Assembly (NCBI GenBank): GCA_002633005.1
Contig: NMRA01000368.1
Span: 236,396-300,395 of the forward strand
Length of the DNA stretch: 64,000 nucleotides
Origin: Phoronis australis
Lineage: Eukaryota > Animalia > Phoronida
Direction of reading: 5' to 3'
Shown: in pieces, positions 61,726 to 64,000 of the stretch
Position numbering within the stretch: the stretch's first letter is position 1
Layout: the number at the start of each line of letters is the position of its first letter
Position numbers and translations under genes: made by a program
The notes under the pieces: generated by a model
The model's database searches: none
What the model was told of the DNA's origin: nothing
Seen by the model: the letters and a program-made list of their open reading frames with translations, nothing else

Positions 61726-63234
61726 CCATATTCGCCGTAATAACCGCCCTAGCCCCTATAAGCGCCCCCTCCACGCATTTTCAGACTTTGCTAAAATAAG
61801 CGCCCAGTCCATGAACATGTACGTGCGAAAAATCCCTTACCTTCAGTCCTAAAATTCTACAGTAACGTCTTCAATTTATCAGCAATATCCGACAGTCCTG
61901 AACAAAATCATTGTGCGCAGAATTTGTAGACCACGAGCCTTGCCGCTATGTCGGTATTTAGCTTTGACTATAGGCCTACACTTCAAACTTCCGCCATGCC
62001 TCAAAACGAACATAAAAGTTTTGCTGATCTTGTGAGGACCAATGATCTGGCCTTTCAGAACAGACGTAGTGTACTTGTGTACGGGATTGGTTTGTAGATA
62101 TTTCCCGCTTTCAACAGGAATCCAAATTTCTTTGTACACATAAAAATCGCGAATCGAAGACTAATAAAAAGCTTGACTGGAGTTAAAAGCACGTGGCCAG
62201 GAAGTGCGCGCTACATACATGAATCTGTCATCAAAGACATTAGTCGGGAACTATTCATTCATGAAACGGGTAGCATAGCATCGGCAAGAAATGAATATTG
62301 GCACTAATTTTCGACAGTTTCTAATACTATTAAAAATGTTTGCGTTATTTTTAACATGGATTGTTTGATCAACCATAATTGATGTTTTTAAGCCAAATAT
62401 CCGATAAAATGACCACTGACAGTGAATGCTTACACACCCTCACTCCGAAAAATAACTGTCAGATAGTCATGTATGCATCCACCCACACGGCGACTAATAT
62501 TGGCCTTACCGAGACAAATGTTGAACGTTTTTAGCACTATGAGACTGGCAAGTGCTGAATGAAACACGCTCTGGTTTAGGCCTACTGCTTGTGCAAATTT
62601 CTTTTGACACAATGCACATCTTGCTCGTTAGATTGCGTGGCTCTTGCCAAAAGACGGTCTTTGCTCTGGTGACATGCACGCGCTCGCTTACTCACAAACG
62701 TAGACAAACTTCAAAACAAACGTCACATGACAACAACATGTGTGTTCGTCCAGACATTTTTCTCGTGTTGCCGATCATACATGTAGATGGCACGATGTAG
62801 CACAGATTTGTACTTAAACCTGCCGTTAATCCCGACTCCACGGGAACTTAAAAATCTTTGTGACGCAACTTGGAAAACTTTAGGAGGATTTCAGGTAATT
62901 TGCTTGAGTTGAAACTGTATTTTTATTCAAGCATTCAAGTCGCCATATCGACGATTGCGAGGCAGTCAGTTGGCGAGTTTTCGCCCTGGGATTTCAGCAC
63001 AATTATCTGTAAAATGAGCGTAATTTAGCAGCAAAGTTTGAGAGCAATGCACCACAGTTTTGTAGAAAGTTTTTCATAAATTACAGATACGTCACAGAAC
63101 GTAAATACGATGAATCTTAGCTGTCGATTTCACCCGTTTCGGAGACCGGGTTTCAACCACCTTGGGTTGTAATAAGCTCCGTCCCTGAAACGCACTTTTC
63201 TAAGCGCCCTGGGTGGTTATTACGGCGAACACGG
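61726..63234 (-). mobile_element. TA-flanked Tc1/mariner-superfamily (CCGT-type TIR) element carrying a decayed HIRAN-like ORF
   Basis: TA|CCATATTCGCCGTAATAACCGCCC ... GGGTGGTTATTACGGCGAACACGG|TA; the minus ORF 61879-62139 reads VYKEIWIP...N...KIS...LRHGGSLKC...GLQI. Confidence 0.8.
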
Positions 63235-63725
63235 TACTTCATTTTTTCAAGTACTGTTCATGTCTTCATTTTTGACAGCGGAGTTCTTGTCCTAAAAGGC
63301 GTTAATAAAAAACCCATGTGTGCTTTTGTTGCTAAGAAATAAGGAAACAAAATTTGCATGTTTCCTGTTAAATGTTTCATGTTGATAAAATCAGGATTTT
63401 TAGACAAAAATGCAGTCACATGATTACGAACATCTGGGTATTTTGTATGCCCATAAGCGACGCTTGCTATAAATATTTAAAATGATTTTGAAGTAATTTG
63501 ATCAGCATGGAGGAGTAATTAACAAAGCAGACATCGTTAAGAGTTTTTTCCAATAAATATCACAGCTTTCTGTAGCACCATGGAGTTGGTAAAGCCTGGG
63601 TATAGGTAGGTGTGAATTATGGTACTATCTTAGTTTTAAGTTTTAAAGCGAGACTGCACTGACATGCTTTCAGAAGCCCAAAAATTCTTCACTTTCTAAT
63701 AAAGATATACCGGTAACCACTTTAA

Positions 63726-64000
63726 CCCTTATCCTGCGCTAGGCGAGGTCAGCCGACAAGCCTATTATCCTATTAAAATGCGTCGGGTGTACTCAATCGC
63801 CTAAAATAAGCTACGGCTAGGCTGCGCAAGGAGAGTGTACTCACCCCAGGACACTGGTGTTTTTCATTCAGAAATTGTGAAAGCCCCGTATGCTGTTTAT
63901 ATATGTGAGCATGCGCATTCCACAGTTCATAGTTTCCTGTACACTTTTCTGATTTACAACATATGGCTGTGATTATCTGTTTCCGAGATATTTGAAAGTT
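63726..64000 (+). mobile_element. Possible left end of a piggyBac-type element running off the window
   Basis: TTAA|CCCT terminus only. Confidence 0.3.

Overview
Eukaryotic, AT-rich, transposon-dense genomic DNA, most likely from an invertebrate animal (spliceosomal introns, Penelope, Academ, Tc1 and THAP remnants; no prokaryotic gene organisation). The window holds one apparently intact gene, which the ORF track splits into pieces. Nine + strand exons (3220-19296) with GT-AG borders and consistent phase give a protein of about 1414 aa: two RHIM amyloid-signalling motifs, a TRADD-N-like domain, coiled coils, a DUF294/GlnD-GlnE-like nucleotidyltransferase module lacking its catalytic acids, and nine roughly 43-aa TPRs. 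All eight coding introns are phase 1, and the NTase-TPR part is a single 2.9-kb exon. This looks like an exon-shuffled, receptor-like innate-immunity or cell-death protein. A decayed TPR paralog lies at about 49.5-50.1 kb. At 34.3-41.6 kb is a spliced, decaying gene for an SGNH hydrolase, followed by a Ulp1/SENP-type protease, a threefold ~70-aa repeat and a Cys-rich region; it is probably transposon cargo and abuts an Academ element. The rest is TE debris, including a Penelope element with a minimal hammerhead ribozyme. All domain calls are by motif recognition by eye; no searches were run.
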